Of a stretch of DNA of 64,000 nt, positions 18,146 through 26,431 are shown piece by piece. Under the pieces are notes generated by a model. The model made no database searches, had not been told where the DNA came from, and worked only from the letters and a program-made list of their open reading frames with translations. Numbering within the stretch: position 1 is the first letter of the stretch; each line of letters begins with the position of its first letter. The stretch covers positions 1-64,000 of IMG/VR virus record IMGVR_UViG_3300036466_000585; one strand, given 5' to 3'. The translations under genes were made by a program, and so were the position numbers. This DNA comes from a virus.

Positions 18146-18157
18146 TTGTTAAAGAGC
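18146..18157 (-). promoter_or_regulatory. boxA antitermination element
   Basis: GCTCTTTAACAA on the minus strand matches the rrn/nut boxA consensus, just after the first gene of the leftward operon. Confidence 0.8.
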
Positions 18158-18170
18158 CGTGGCGGCCGCG

Positions 18171-18479
18171 TCAGATGACGACGGCCGGGATGTCGTCAAG
18201 ACGCTTCGTCAGGCGCCGAGGCGCGTTGCGACGAAGGCTGTCTGGATGCCCGTCGCACATGGCGACGATGAGCAGCAGGCACAGCGGCTTGATGAATCCA
18301 CGGCTGATGGAGAGGGCGACGAGGTGGGCAGTGTTACGTGCTCCTTCACGCTCGCAAGCGATCTGGAGATGGCGACGAACCGTTGCCAGTGCGCAGCACA
18401 GGGTGTCGGCGACTTCCTGAGCGGTGTTGCCGCGTGCCAGGAGCTCGACTATCTGTGTTTGACGCTTGGTCAGGCTCAT
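18171..18479 (-). CDS. LuxR-type HTH regulator (102 aa)
   Basis: 'LTKRQTQIVELLARGNTAQEVADTLCCALATVRRHL...GARNTAHLVA'. Confidence 0.85.
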   Translation of the reverse strand: MSLTKRQTQIVELLARGNTAQEVADTLCCALATVRRHLQIACEREGARNTAHLVALSISRGFIKPLCLLLIVAMCDGHPDSLRRNAPRRLTKRLDDIPAVVI

Positions 18480-18496
18480 CTCGTCCGCCTCAACAA

Positions 18497-18552
18497 TCAA
18501 CCGATGCGTTGATAGTAGGAGTCGAGGCGGAACCAGTCAACTATAGAATTGA
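18497..18552. promoter_or_regulatory. Two candidate repressor operators (TCAA-N8-TTGA) overlapping pL
   Basis: TCAAccgatgcgTTGA 18497-18512 and TCAActatagaaTTGA 18537-18552; related TCTAccataatgTTGA at 20628-20643 upstream of cro. Confidence 0.55.
18512..18540 (-). promoter_or_regulatory. Sigma70 promoter of the leftward early operon (pL-like)
   Basis: TTGACT (18540-18535), 17-nt spacer, TACTAT (18517-18512). Confidence 0.75.
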
Positions 18553-18907
18553 CTTTCTACCGGGCGGGACGCCTAATTTTGGCGTAAAGAGTTGAATCTA
18601 CAGTAGAAAAAAATTTCCCTGCACGCTCCTCCCTGAGTCGGTCGAAGGCGGTGTCCAAGCGGCGGAGGGCGTCGCGTGTCATCGTCCCTGACGCTGGTAA
18701 AGGCTGGTTGTTGCGGTTCTCCATTGGTACCCCACGGCATAGCTGTGCTGGCGGGTCTTTCCTGCCCGCTGAGCACGGTGACTTGGTTGCGATGGCCCTC
18801 CCGGAGGGAAATTCCATTATATCGCCGGCTAACTGACTTTTGGGAAAGTCCGCAGTTGATTTCGGAGATTCAGGGGAATTCGGCCCAACAAGGACGGAGG
18901 CGGCGAG

Positions 18908-19966
18908 TTATCGCAAGACAAGGGAGGCGAGGTAATCGTAGGCAGCCCTGGCAGCACGAAAGTCGGCAGCCTGGCCGCCGCGGTCGGGGTGAGAGAGTCG
19001 GGCGGCGCGCCGGAAGGCAGCCTTGAGGGAGGCAAAGGGTAGCGGCCAGCTGTCGCGCGCAAGGCCAAGCGTGGCGAGCGCCCAGGAGAGGCTGTTCTCG
19101 GGGAGTTCGATCAAGGTGTCGAGTGGCGGTCTCGAGCCAGCATGATGATACTCGGGCGGGTGATCGTCGTTCATGAAGGCATCGAAGTCGTCGTCGACCT
19201 CCTCGTCATAAGGCAGGAAGTCGGCGGGCGGCGCCACATGATAGGTGCGCCCGGTCGGGCGGTGCTCGACCTGCCCCGTCACCTCCAGCGTGTCCCGAGG
19301 CAGGGCGGCGATGTCGACCAAGTGAAGGCGCCAGGCCGGATGCAGGAAGCCGGCTGACGGCTGGAAGGGCAGGGCATCGACCAGGACGCGGCGGGGCGTG
19401 CGGCGAATGACGCGATGCAGGGTGTCGCGACCGTACCAGTCGCGGGCGTATAGCAGGGTCACGGTCGTCGGCTGGCAGCGCTCCGAGGCGGGACGAGCCG
19501 CCCTGGCAGTGAGGCGCTGGCGTGTGAGGTATCGCTGCAGGAAGGAGGTCGGGCGCCTGATCACATCGCCGCGGACCACCGCCTGCAGGGGTGGGGCGTC
19601 GTCGTCGCGAAGCGCGAGTGGCGGCTGGCCGATGAGGTAGCTGGTCGGGCTGGCCCACACTGCCCATTGCCTGCCATGCGTGGACAGGAAGGGGCGAGCG
19701 TCTCCGGACAGCTCAGCCAGGTTGGCGTTGATGTGGTGATCAGGGCTGAAGCGCAGGCGTTTGGCCATGCCGAGCATGACGGCGGTGGCCAGCATGTCGG
19801 CCTGGTGGGCGGCATAGCCTGAAGTCAGCGGGGCTCGGCTCACGTCAGGGCTGGGCGCGATGTCCCACAGGCACCACAGCCAGCCGCCGCGGCGCTCGGC
19901 CCAGGTTACCAGGTCGTGAGACCCCGCCCCGGGCAGGGCGACGACAGACAGATAGTGCTCCTTCAT
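18908..19966 (-). CDS. Protein with C-terminal DnaJ (J) domain
   Basis: 'LATLGL...LKAAFRRAARLSHPDRGG...FRAARAAYDYL' with intact HPD. Confidence 0.75.
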   Translation of the reverse strand: MKEHYLSVVALPGAGSHDLVTWAERRGGWLWCLWDIAPSPDVSRAPLTSGYAAHQADMLATAVMLGMAKRLRFSPDHHINANLAELSGDARPFLSTHGRQWAVWASPTSYLIGQPPLALRDDDAPPLQAVVRGDVIRRPTSFLQRYLTRQRLTARAARPASERCQPTTVTLLYARDWYGRDTLHRVIRRTPRRVLVDALPFQPSAGFLHPAWRLHLVDIAALPRDTLEVTGQVEHRPTGRTYHVAPPADFLPYDEEVDDDFDAFMNDDHPPEYHHAGSRPPLDTLIELPENSLSWALATLGLARDSWPLPFASLKAAFRRAARLSHPDRGGQAADFRAARAAYDYLASLVLR

Positions 19967-19974
19967 GGCAGTGG

Positions 19975-20481
19975 TTAGCCGTTGGCTTCCGTGCCGCCGT
20001 CAGTGCGCGACTGCCATTCGCGCTTCTTCTGAGACACCTCGAGCAACAGCTCGCCGCGCGCCTCGCTTTCCGTTCTGCCGGCTAGCAACAGGTCATGCGC
20101 CCGCCGCATTACCCACAAGAACTGCTCCATGGAGCCGTTGGGAAGGAGCTCGGATACCACCAGCTCGGTGACGTCGTAGGCGGTGCCGAGCAGCTGATCC
20201 GCCGGCCCAAAGCTGCCTTCTCCGCTCGAGACGCCGGTTCGCCCCGATAGCCAGGCCAGCGACACGCCGTAAAGGTCTGCCAGTCGTCGCAAGGTCTCGC
20301 GCTCCGGCTTCGACTTGCCCTTGGCCCACTTAGATACCGCCGCCGTGCCGGCGCCGGAGTCTTGAGCGATGACCTTCTGCATGCCGTAGACCTTCTCCCG
20401 GCGATGATGCTTGAGGGCGGACTCCAGGATCCGTTCCCAGACAAGGCGCTTCTCTTCTTCTTCCGAGGCAGGTCTCGGCAT
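19975..20481 (-). CDS. XRE-family HTH protein, probable phage repressor (168 aa)
   Basis: 'QKVIAQDSGAGTAAVSKWAKGKSKPERETLRRLADLYGVSLAWL'; divergent from Cro-like genes; GGAGG RBS. Confidence 0.8.
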   Translation of the reverse strand: MPRPASEEEEKRLVWERILESALKHHRREKVYGMQKVIAQDSGAGTAAVSKWAKGKSKPERETLRRLADLYGVSLAWLSGRTGVSSGEGSFGPADQLLGTAYDVTELVVSELLPNGSMEQFLWVMRRAHDLLLAGRTESEARGELLLEVSQKKREWQSRTDGGTEANG

Positions 20482-20662
20482 TGGCTTGTTCCTCCGCCAT
20501 GCCAGCGATGGGTGGGTGATGAACGTCGAATCAACAATCGTTTGGTTGATTATAGGCGCCATTCCCGCCTTGCCAATTCATCGGAAACAACCATTTTTTT
20601 GCAGAATCAAATCTACGTGGCATACTCTCTACCATAATGTTGATTCTTCTGGTGGAAGGCCC

Positions 20663-20908
20663 GTGACGCAGAACGCTAGCAAGGCAGAGATGCCGACCCT
20701 CCGAGAGCTCATCCGTGATTGCGGCGGCCCCACGGCCGTAGCGCGGGAGCTCGGCTGCTCGACGCAGAACGTTCACAAGATGATTCAGCGCGGCCATCTG
20801 CCGTACTCCGAGCTTCGCGAGAGGTCTCGTGCCGATGTGCTGGCCGGGATGCAGCGGGAGGGAGGGCTTACGGCCGACCAGATTCGCCGAATTGGGTTCG
20901 GCATCTGA
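20663..20908 (+). CDS. Cro-like HTH protein
   Basis: 'GGPTAVARELGCSTQNVHKMIQRGHLP'; start is GTG 20663 or ATG 20690. Confidence 0.7.
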   Translation: MTQNASKAEMPTLRELIRDCGGPTAVARELGCSTQNVHKMIQRGHLPYSELRERSRADVLAGMQREGGLTADQIRRIGFGI

Positions 20909-20922
20909 CAGGAGGTACGGCA

Positions 20923-21168
20923 ATGGTGGTTTCCAGTGTGTCAGAGCTGATCGACGTAGTGGGTAATGGTCGCCTGGCAGCGGCTTGCGACGTCCATCAC
21001 GCCACTCCATGGCATTGGCGTACCAAGGGGCTTCCCGCGCAGCCCAAGCGCCGAGCCCAGCATTATCGCCGAGTGCTCGCCGATCTGGCGGGCATCAGCA
21101 CGTCGGAACTCTCTCGGCTGGAAGCCGGGGAGGCGGTTGAGGTTTCCGATGTGCAAAACGCCGGGTAA
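20923..21168 (+). CDS. Second Cro-like HTH protein (81 aa)
   Basis: 'LIDVVGNGRLAAACDVHHATPWHWRTKGLP'; AGGAGG RBS. Confidence 0.6.
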   Translation: MVVSSVSELIDVVGNGRLAAACDVHHATPWHWRTKGLPAQPKRRAQHYRRVLADLAGISTSELSRLEAGEAVEVSDVQNAG

Positions 21169-21242
21169 TCCCCGGACACAACAACGCCCCGATCGGCTGC
21201 CACCGCGGGGCGTTGCTGCACACCTAGTTTGTGAGGTCCAGT

Positions 21243-22058
21243 ATGAATGAAAAGGCATCAAGCGTCCAGTTGACTCCGTTCACGTTCGATGAACGTCAAG
21301 TCCGTGTGATTCAAGGCGAAGACGGCGAGCCGCGCTTCGCTGCCAAGGATGTGGCCGAGGCCCTTGGCTACGTCTGGAAGGGGCAGTCCGGCTCCCTTGG
21401 GCACGTTCCCGAGGAATGGAAAGGGGTCTGTTCCGTTCAGACCCCCTCCGGACGCCAGCAGATGGCTGCCCTGACCGAGCAAGGCCTGTACTTCTTCGTC
21501 GCCCGTAGCGACAAGCCCAAGGCGCTACCCTTCCAGAAATGGCTGGCCGGCGAGGTGCTGCCCGCCATTCGCCAGACCGGCGGCTACCAGCTGCCCGCTA
21601 CCCAGCCCGACCAGGCGCGCCTTACCGGCGAGCTGGCCCTGCTGGAGTGTTTCTGCACCCTGAACAACCCGGCGCCGTCGAGCCGTGTCGTGCTGCTGGA
21701 GAAAATCGGCAGCGCTCACGGGCTGAATACCGCCTGGCTGCCCGGCTATGTCGAAGACGCCCCCGAGAGCGGGCAGGGATCCCTGGACACCGATAGCGCC
21801 ACCGCCCTGCTGGCCGAGTTTGGTGTGCGCATCACCACGCCGGTGTTCAACCAGCGCCTGGCCAGCATGGGTCTGCTCAAGCGTCGCAGCCGCAAGGCGC
21901 GCAGCGGCAGCAAGTCCTACTGGTGCGTGACCGACAAGGGCCAGGCCTACGGCAAGAACATCACCGCCCCGCAGTCGCCCCGCGAAACCCAGCCCCACTG
22001 GTACCGCGACCGCTTCCTCGACCTGCTGGCCCTGGTCGGCATGGAAGGTGCGGCATGA
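21243..22058 (+). CDS. Bro-N domain antirepressor-like protein
   Basis: 'FTFDERQVRVI...PRFAAKDVAEALGY...LTEQGLYFFVARSDKPKALPFQKWLAGEVLPAIRQTGGY'. Confidence 0.85.
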   Translation: MNEKASSVQLTPFTFDERQVRVIQGEDGEPRFAAKDVAEALGYVWKGQSGSLGHVPEEWKGVCSVQTPSGRQQMAALTEQGLYFFVARSDKPKALPFQKWLAGEVLPAIRQTGGYQLPATQPDQARLTGELALLECFCTLNNPAPSSRVVLLEKIGSAHGLNTAWLPGYVEDAPESGQGSLDTDSATALLAEFGVRITTPVFNQRLASMGLLKRRSRKARSGSKSYWCVTDKGQAYGKNITAPQSPRETQPHWYRDRFLDLLALVGMEGAA

Positions 22059-22957
22059 GCATCCGTCGTGCGCCACGCCCGCAGAGCAATTTCTACATGC
22101 TCGACAAGCGGATAAGTGAGGATCGACGCCTGACGTGGGCTGCCCGCGGCCTGCTGGTGTTTCTGCTGGGCAAGCCCGACCACTGGGAGGTCAGCGTTAA
22201 GCACCTGATCAAGGAGACCGCAGATAGCGCCAAGCCATCGCGTCGGGATGCGGTCTACGGCCTGCTGCGTGAGCTCGAAGACGCGGGCTATCTGGAGCGC
22301 AGCCAGGGCCGCGGCCAGGGTGGCTCCTTCGGCAGTGCCGACTATGTCGTGCACGAGTCACCGTGTACGGAAAATCCGGACACGGATGAGCCGCAACCGG
22401 ATTCGCCGGATACGGCTCAACCGGATACGGCTCAACCGGATACGGCTCAACCGGATACGGCTCAACCGGATACGGCCAACCCGACACAAGTAAGTACTGA
22501 GGGGTTAGAGAGTATTGAGGGGTCAGGAAGTATTGACTCCCAGCAACAGGATGGCGAGCCCGATGCCGCACCTGCTGCTGATGCCGATAAGCCTGGCATC
22601 GCCCCGCTGGACGCTGCCTTCGAGACCTTCTGGCAAGCCGGCATGCGCAAGGCCAACCGCAAGGCGGCTCGCAAGGCCTTCGAGGCGGCTGCCAAGGCGG
22701 CTGACAGGCCTGTGGCGGAGTTCGCCCAGTTCCTGTCCGACGACATCGCCCGCCGCATCGCTGCCGAACAGCTCGGCTTCGATCGCATGCACCCCACGAC
22801 CTACCTGAACGGCGAGCGCTGGGAAGACGACATGCCACCCCCGCCTGCCCAGACCAATGCCAAGCCCGGGCGAGCCGGTTTCGCCCAGCCCAAGCCTGCC
22901 GGCAGCTACCGCCCGGCCGATAACGACATGCCCCAGTGGGCCACGGAGGGATCATGA
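22055..22957 (+). CDS. Phage replication initiator (O-like; N-terminal wHTH)
   Basis: 'DRRLTWAARGLLVFLLGKPDHW...LRELEDAGYL'; C-terminal 'HPTTYLNGERWED'; directly upstream of a DnaC-like gene. Confidence 0.8.
   Translation: MSIRRAPRPQSNFYMLDKRISEDRRLTWAARGLLVFLLGKPDHWEVSVKHLIKETADSAKPSRRDAVYGLLRELEDAGYLERSQGRGQGGSFGSADYVVHESPCTENPDTDEPQPDSPDTAQPDTAQPDTAQPDTAQPDTANPTQVSTEGLESIEGSGSIDSQQQDGEPDAAPAADADKPGIAPLDAAFETFWQAGMRKANRKAARKAFEAAAKAADRPVAEFAQFLSDDIARRIAAEQLGFDRMHPTTYLNGERWEDDMPPPPAQTNAKPGRAGFAQPKPAGSYRPADNDMPQWATEGS
22406..22476 (+). repeat. 15-bp tandem repeat CCGGATACGGCTCAA x4 plus a partial copy (probable iterons/origin)
   Basis: Perfect copies at 22406, 22421, 22436 and 22451; partial copy at 22466; encodes PDTAQ. 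Confidence 0.9.
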
Positions 22958-23775
22958 GCCAGCACCTGACTACCACCCCGGAAGTTCGCGGCCACCTGGC
23001 CAGCCTGATGGCCGGCAAGGCCAAGACGGCCGACAAGGCGTGCCGGATCCACGGCGACTACGCGGCGACCCTGATGCCCAACGGCAAGTGGAGCGAGTGC
23101 CCGCAGTGCCTGGACGAGGACCTTCGAGCGCAGAGCCAGGCCGCCATCCGCGAGCAACGTTCGACGTCCGTGGAGCAGCGCCGCGCCAAGATGCGCGAAG
23201 GCGCCATGATCCCCAAGCGTTTCCGCAACCGCACCCTGGACGGCTACCAGACCGAGGACAGCCGCGACAAGGCCCGCGTGAAGGCCATCTGCCAGGCCTA
23301 CGTCGATCGCTTCGACGACCGCTTGGCACAAGGTGGCGGCCTGGTGTTCGTCGGCGGCGTGGGTACCGGCAAGTCGCACCTCGCCTATGCCATTGGCAAT
23401 GCCCTGCTGGATCGCGAGCACACCGTGCTGGGCATCGACGTCTACGAGCTCATCGACCTGGTGAAGGAGAAGGTCTACCGCGACGGCGGCATGTCCGAGC
23501 GTCAGGCCGTGCGCACCCTGGTGGACGGCCTCGACTTGCTGATCCTCGACGAGGTGGGCGCCCAGCTGGGTACCGACTGGGAGATGGTCATGCTCTTCAA
23601 GGTGATTAACGAGCGCTACAAGGAGGAGCTGCCGACCATCCTGATCTCCAACCTGGACAAGCCCGAGCTCGAGGGCTACCTGGGGCCCCGGGTCATGAGC
23701 CGCACCGAGGAGGGTGGCGGCACCACCCTGGTGCTCGACTGGGAAGACTACCGCAGCCGCGGCAAGGGGGCGTGA
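22954..23775 (+). CDS. DnaC/IstB-like helicase-loader ATPase
   Basis: Walker A GGVGTGKSHLA, Walker B LLILDEVG, INERY and PTILISN. Confidence 0.9.
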   Translation: MSQHLTTTPEVRGHLASLMAGKAKTADKACRIHGDYAATLMPNGKWSECPQCLDEDLRAQSQAAIREQRSTSVEQRRAKMREGAMIPKRFRNRTLDGYQTEDSRDKARVKAICQAYVDRFDDRLAQGGGLVFVGGVGTGKSHLAYAIGNALLDREHTVLGIDVYELIDLVKEKVYRDGGMSERQAVRTLVDGLDLLILDEVGAQLGTDWEMVMLFKVINERYKEELPTILISNLDKPELEGYLGPRVMSRTEEGGGTTLVLDWEDYRSRGKGA

Positions 23776-24284
23776 CCATGACGCGATACGAGCGCGAGGC
23801 CCTGGCCGTCATCCGCGACGAGCACCGGCAGACGCGGCGCCCCGTCACGGAACGGATCATCCGCATTGGCTGCAATGCCACGAGTCAAGCCGACGCGCGC
23901 GCCGTGAATCGCGCCCTGGGCCGCCTTCGTGACAAGGGACTGGTGGGCATGGCCTCAGGCGGCTGGCTGCCGACGGCTCACGGCATGACTGCCGACCTGG
24001 AGGCCGTCGAGCGGGCTGAGGAGGCCAAGCCCGATCCCGCCCCGGAGAGCGTGGGCGTGGATCTCGCCAAAGGGCCCGACACCACTGCTGTCGCCACCAT
24101 CGTTCGCCAGGAGCCGGCCGCGATGCCAGCCGAGCTCGTCAACCGTTGCGCTGCCATGCATCAGGCCCTGTGGAAGCATGCCACCGCGGCGTATGAGCGA
24201 GGGGATGCAGGGGCGGCCGGGGACCTCCTCTGGCTGGCGGAGACCGGCAAGCAACTGCTGGTCGCAGGAGGCGTCGAGGCATGA
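23772..24284 (+). CDS. Hypothetical protein (possible N-terminal wHTH)
   Basis: Coupled ORF in the operon. Confidence 0.6.
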   Translation: MTMTRYEREALAVIRDEHRQTRRPVTERIIRIGCNATSQADARAVNRALGRLRDKGLVGMASGGWLPTAHGMTADLEAVERAEEAKPDPAPESVGVDLAKGPDTTAVATIVRQEPAAMPAELVNRCAAMHQALWKHATAAYERGDAGAAGDLLWLAETGKQLLVAGGVEA

Positions 24285-24739
24285 CCCGCACCGCTTCCGC
24301 CAACCAGGTCGAGTACGTGATCCAGCACCCGGGGCAGCTGGCCCCGGTCATGAGCCAGGCCATGGAGATGGCCGGCCGCGGCCTCAAGGGCGGCCCGGTG
24401 CGCGTGATCCTGACCCGCATCGAGGAGAAGCGCACCGACAGCCAGAACAAGAAGCTGTGGCCGATGCTGAACGACCTCTCCGAGCAGGTCACCTGGTACG
24501 GCTACAAGCTCACGCCGGCAGAGTGGAAGGACTTCTCTACGGCGGCCCTGAAGCGCCATCGCATGGTGCCCGGCATCGACGGGGGCATCGTCATGGTGGG
24601 GCTCAGCACCAGTCGCATGAGCAAGCGCGTGTTCTGCGACCTGATCGAGTGCATGTACGCCTTCGGTACCGAGCAGGGCGTCCAGTGGAGCGAGCCCGCG
24701 CTGGCCCTCTACGAGGAGTACAAGGAGGCCCGCCAATGA
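24281..24739 (+). CDS. ninB: NinB-family recombination protein
   Basis: 'RTDSQNKKLWPMLNDLSEQVTWYG...EWKDF...VPGIDGG...GLSTSRMSK'. Confidence 0.9.
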   Translation: MTRTASANQVEYVIQHPGQLAPVMSQAMEMAGRGLKGGPVRVILTRIEEKRTDSQNKKLWPMLNDLSEQVTWYGYKLTPAEWKDFSTAALKRHRMVPGIDGGIVMVGLSTSRMSKRVFCDLIECMYAFGTEQGVQWSEPALALYEEYKEARQ

Positions 24740-25083
24740 TCGCCAAGAGCAAGGCCTGGCGCAGCGAGCGCTATCTGGCATGGGTGCGCAGCCTGCCGTG
24801 TTGCATGACCGGCGAGGAGGGCTGTGAGGCTCACCACGTCATCGGGCTGGGGTGGGGCCTGTCCGGCTGGGGCCTCAAGGCGCCCGACTCGTTCGTGATG
24901 CCCCTGACCCCGTGGGCGCATCGCATGGTGCACCAGCGCGCCGAGTGGCAGCCCTGGCAGGTGGAGTGGCTACAGCAGACCATCCGCGCCGGCCTGACCC
25001 ACTTCGCCAACGACCCCGACATCCGCGAGCAGCTGACGCACGCGCTCGCCTTCATCGACGCCAGGGAGGGCGCTACGGCATGA
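24736..25083 (+). CDS. DUF968-like His-Me finger protein
   Basis: 'WRSERYLAWVRSLPCCMTG...AHHVIG...GLKAPD...PL...H...H'. Confidence 0.75.
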   Translation: MIAKSKAWRSERYLAWVRSLPCCMTGEEGCEAHHVIGLGWGLSGWGLKAPDSFVMPLTPWAHRMVHQRAEWQPWQVEWLQQTIRAGLTHFANDPDIREQLTHALAFIDAREGATA

Positions 25084-25550
25084 ACATCATCGGTATCGAC
25101 CCCGGCAAGTCCGGCGGCATCGCCTCCATCAACGCCACCGGCCAGGCCTCCGGCGACGTGATGCCCATCATCGGCAAGGAGATCGATGGGCACGAGCTGG
25201 CCCGGATCCTCACCGCGACCGCCCCTGACCTGGTGATCATCGAGAAGGTCGGCGCCATGCCCAAGCAGGGCGTGACGTCGACGTTCACCTTCGGGGCCGG
25301 CTATGGGCGCCTGCTGGGCGTGTGCGAGGCCCTGGGCATCCCGTATCGCCTGGTGACCCCGCAGGCCTGGAAGAAGCGCGTGCTCGCCGGTACCACCAAG
25401 GACAAGGAAGCCGCCATCGCGTTCGTGAAGCGGGCCTTCCCCATGGTCGACCTCACGCCGGGCAAGAAGCGGGTGCCCCATGACGGTATCGCCGACGCCG
25501 TGTGCCTGGCCGAGTACGGCCGCCAGCTCATGGCCAAGGGGGCGGCGTGA
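25080..25550 (+). CDS. RuvC-like Holliday junction resolvase
   Basis: IIGIDPG, VIIEKV, TPQAWKK and DGIADA motifs. Confidence 0.85.
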   Translation: MNIIGIDPGKSGGIASINATGQASGDVMPIIGKEIDGHELARILTATAPDLVIIEKVGAMPKQGVTSTFTFGAGYGRLLGVCEALGIPYRLVTPQAWKKRVLAGTTKDKEAAIAFVKRAFPMVDLTPGKKRVPHDGIADAVCLAEYGRQLMAKGAA

Positions 25551-25744
25551 AGGCGGGTCTCGAGTGGCAGAAGGTCAGCAACTACTGCATCCGGGCCGGG
25601 CAGTACCGCATCGCCAAGGTGGTGTTGTCCGGCGAGGAGTGGTTCGAGCTGCATGCCGGGGATGAACGCCTGGGCATGTGGCGCGGGAATGCGGCCGCCG
25701 CGAAACGGGCCGCGAAGGCGCACAGCAACGGCACATCGAGCTGA
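25547..25744 (+). CDS. Hypothetical protein (65 aa)
   Basis: GTGA overlap with the upstream gene. Confidence 0.55.
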   Translation: MKAGLEWQKVSNYCIRAGQYRIAKVVLSGEEWFELHAGDERLGMWRGNAAAAKRAAKAHSNGTSS

Positions 25745-25756
25745 CACGGGGGTGGC

Positions 25757-26431
25757 ATGGAGCAGGTCGAAGCGGCAGCCAATGCGGTAGTGGGACGAAA
25801 GCGCCGGGGTGGGCGTGGTGTCCCGTCTCGCCAGGAGCAGGTATTGCTGGCGTGCAAGGTGGGGGAGCGGCTGCGCGAAGCTCGTGAGATGCAGGGGTAT
25901 TCGCAGGTCAAGGCCGCCCAGCTTCTGGGCTATGCCAACTCCACCAAGCTGGCCAAGATCGAGGGTGGTCGCGACAGCTCGCAGATACCGCTGTGGGTAG
26001 TGAAGCGGGCTGCCCTGCTGTACGACGTGTCTATCGACTACCTGCTGGGCAACACGGAGAACATGGAGGTCGACGAGCGGCGCTGCCACGCCGCCCGGGA
26101 CACCATCATCCTGATGCGCGAGGAGTGGGAGCGGCACCGCTGGCGAGACATGTTGGTCACCCGCGAGGTGCAGGAGCGCGTCGAGGCCGTGGAGGAGTTG
26201 GCCATGCTCATGGCGCAGCAGCTTCAGGAAGCCCAAGACGCCCTGTCCCGCGTCGAGGAGCTGAACCCGCGTCGCTGGGAGAACGTGAAGGGCGGGGCCC
26301 GGCTGCAATCCGCCGTCGAGCGCGCTGCCGCCACCGGACGTACCGCCGAGTCGAAGCTGAAGCGCCTGCATCGCGAGGCCCGGGCCGCTGCCGGGGGTGT
26401 GCAACCCGAACTGGAGCTGGTGTACACCTGA
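25757..26431 (+). CDS. XRE HTH plus coiled-coil regulator; candidate late-gene activator
   Basis: 'GERLREAREMQGYSQVKAAQLLG...LAKIEGG...VSIDYLLG'; immediately upstream of terS, the position lpa holds in P1. Confidence 0.7.
   Translation: MEQVEAAANAVVGRKRRGGRGVPSRQEQVLLACKVGERLREAREMQGYSQVKAAQLLGYANSTKLAKIEGGRDSSQIPLWVVKRAALLYDVSIDYLLGNTENMEVDERRCHAARDTIILMREEWERHRWRDMLVTREVQERVEAVEELAMLMAQQLQEAQDALSRVEELNPRRWENVKGGARLQSAVERAAATGRTAESKLKRLHREARAAAGGVQPELELVYT

Noticed and set aside
18557-18817. Small minus-strand ORF upstream of pL
   Set aside because: No convincing RBS or motif; it runs into the AT-rich operator region.
22406-22476. Tandem repeats as a CRISPR array
   Set aside because: No spacers, 15-bp unit, in-frame within a gene, no cas genes.
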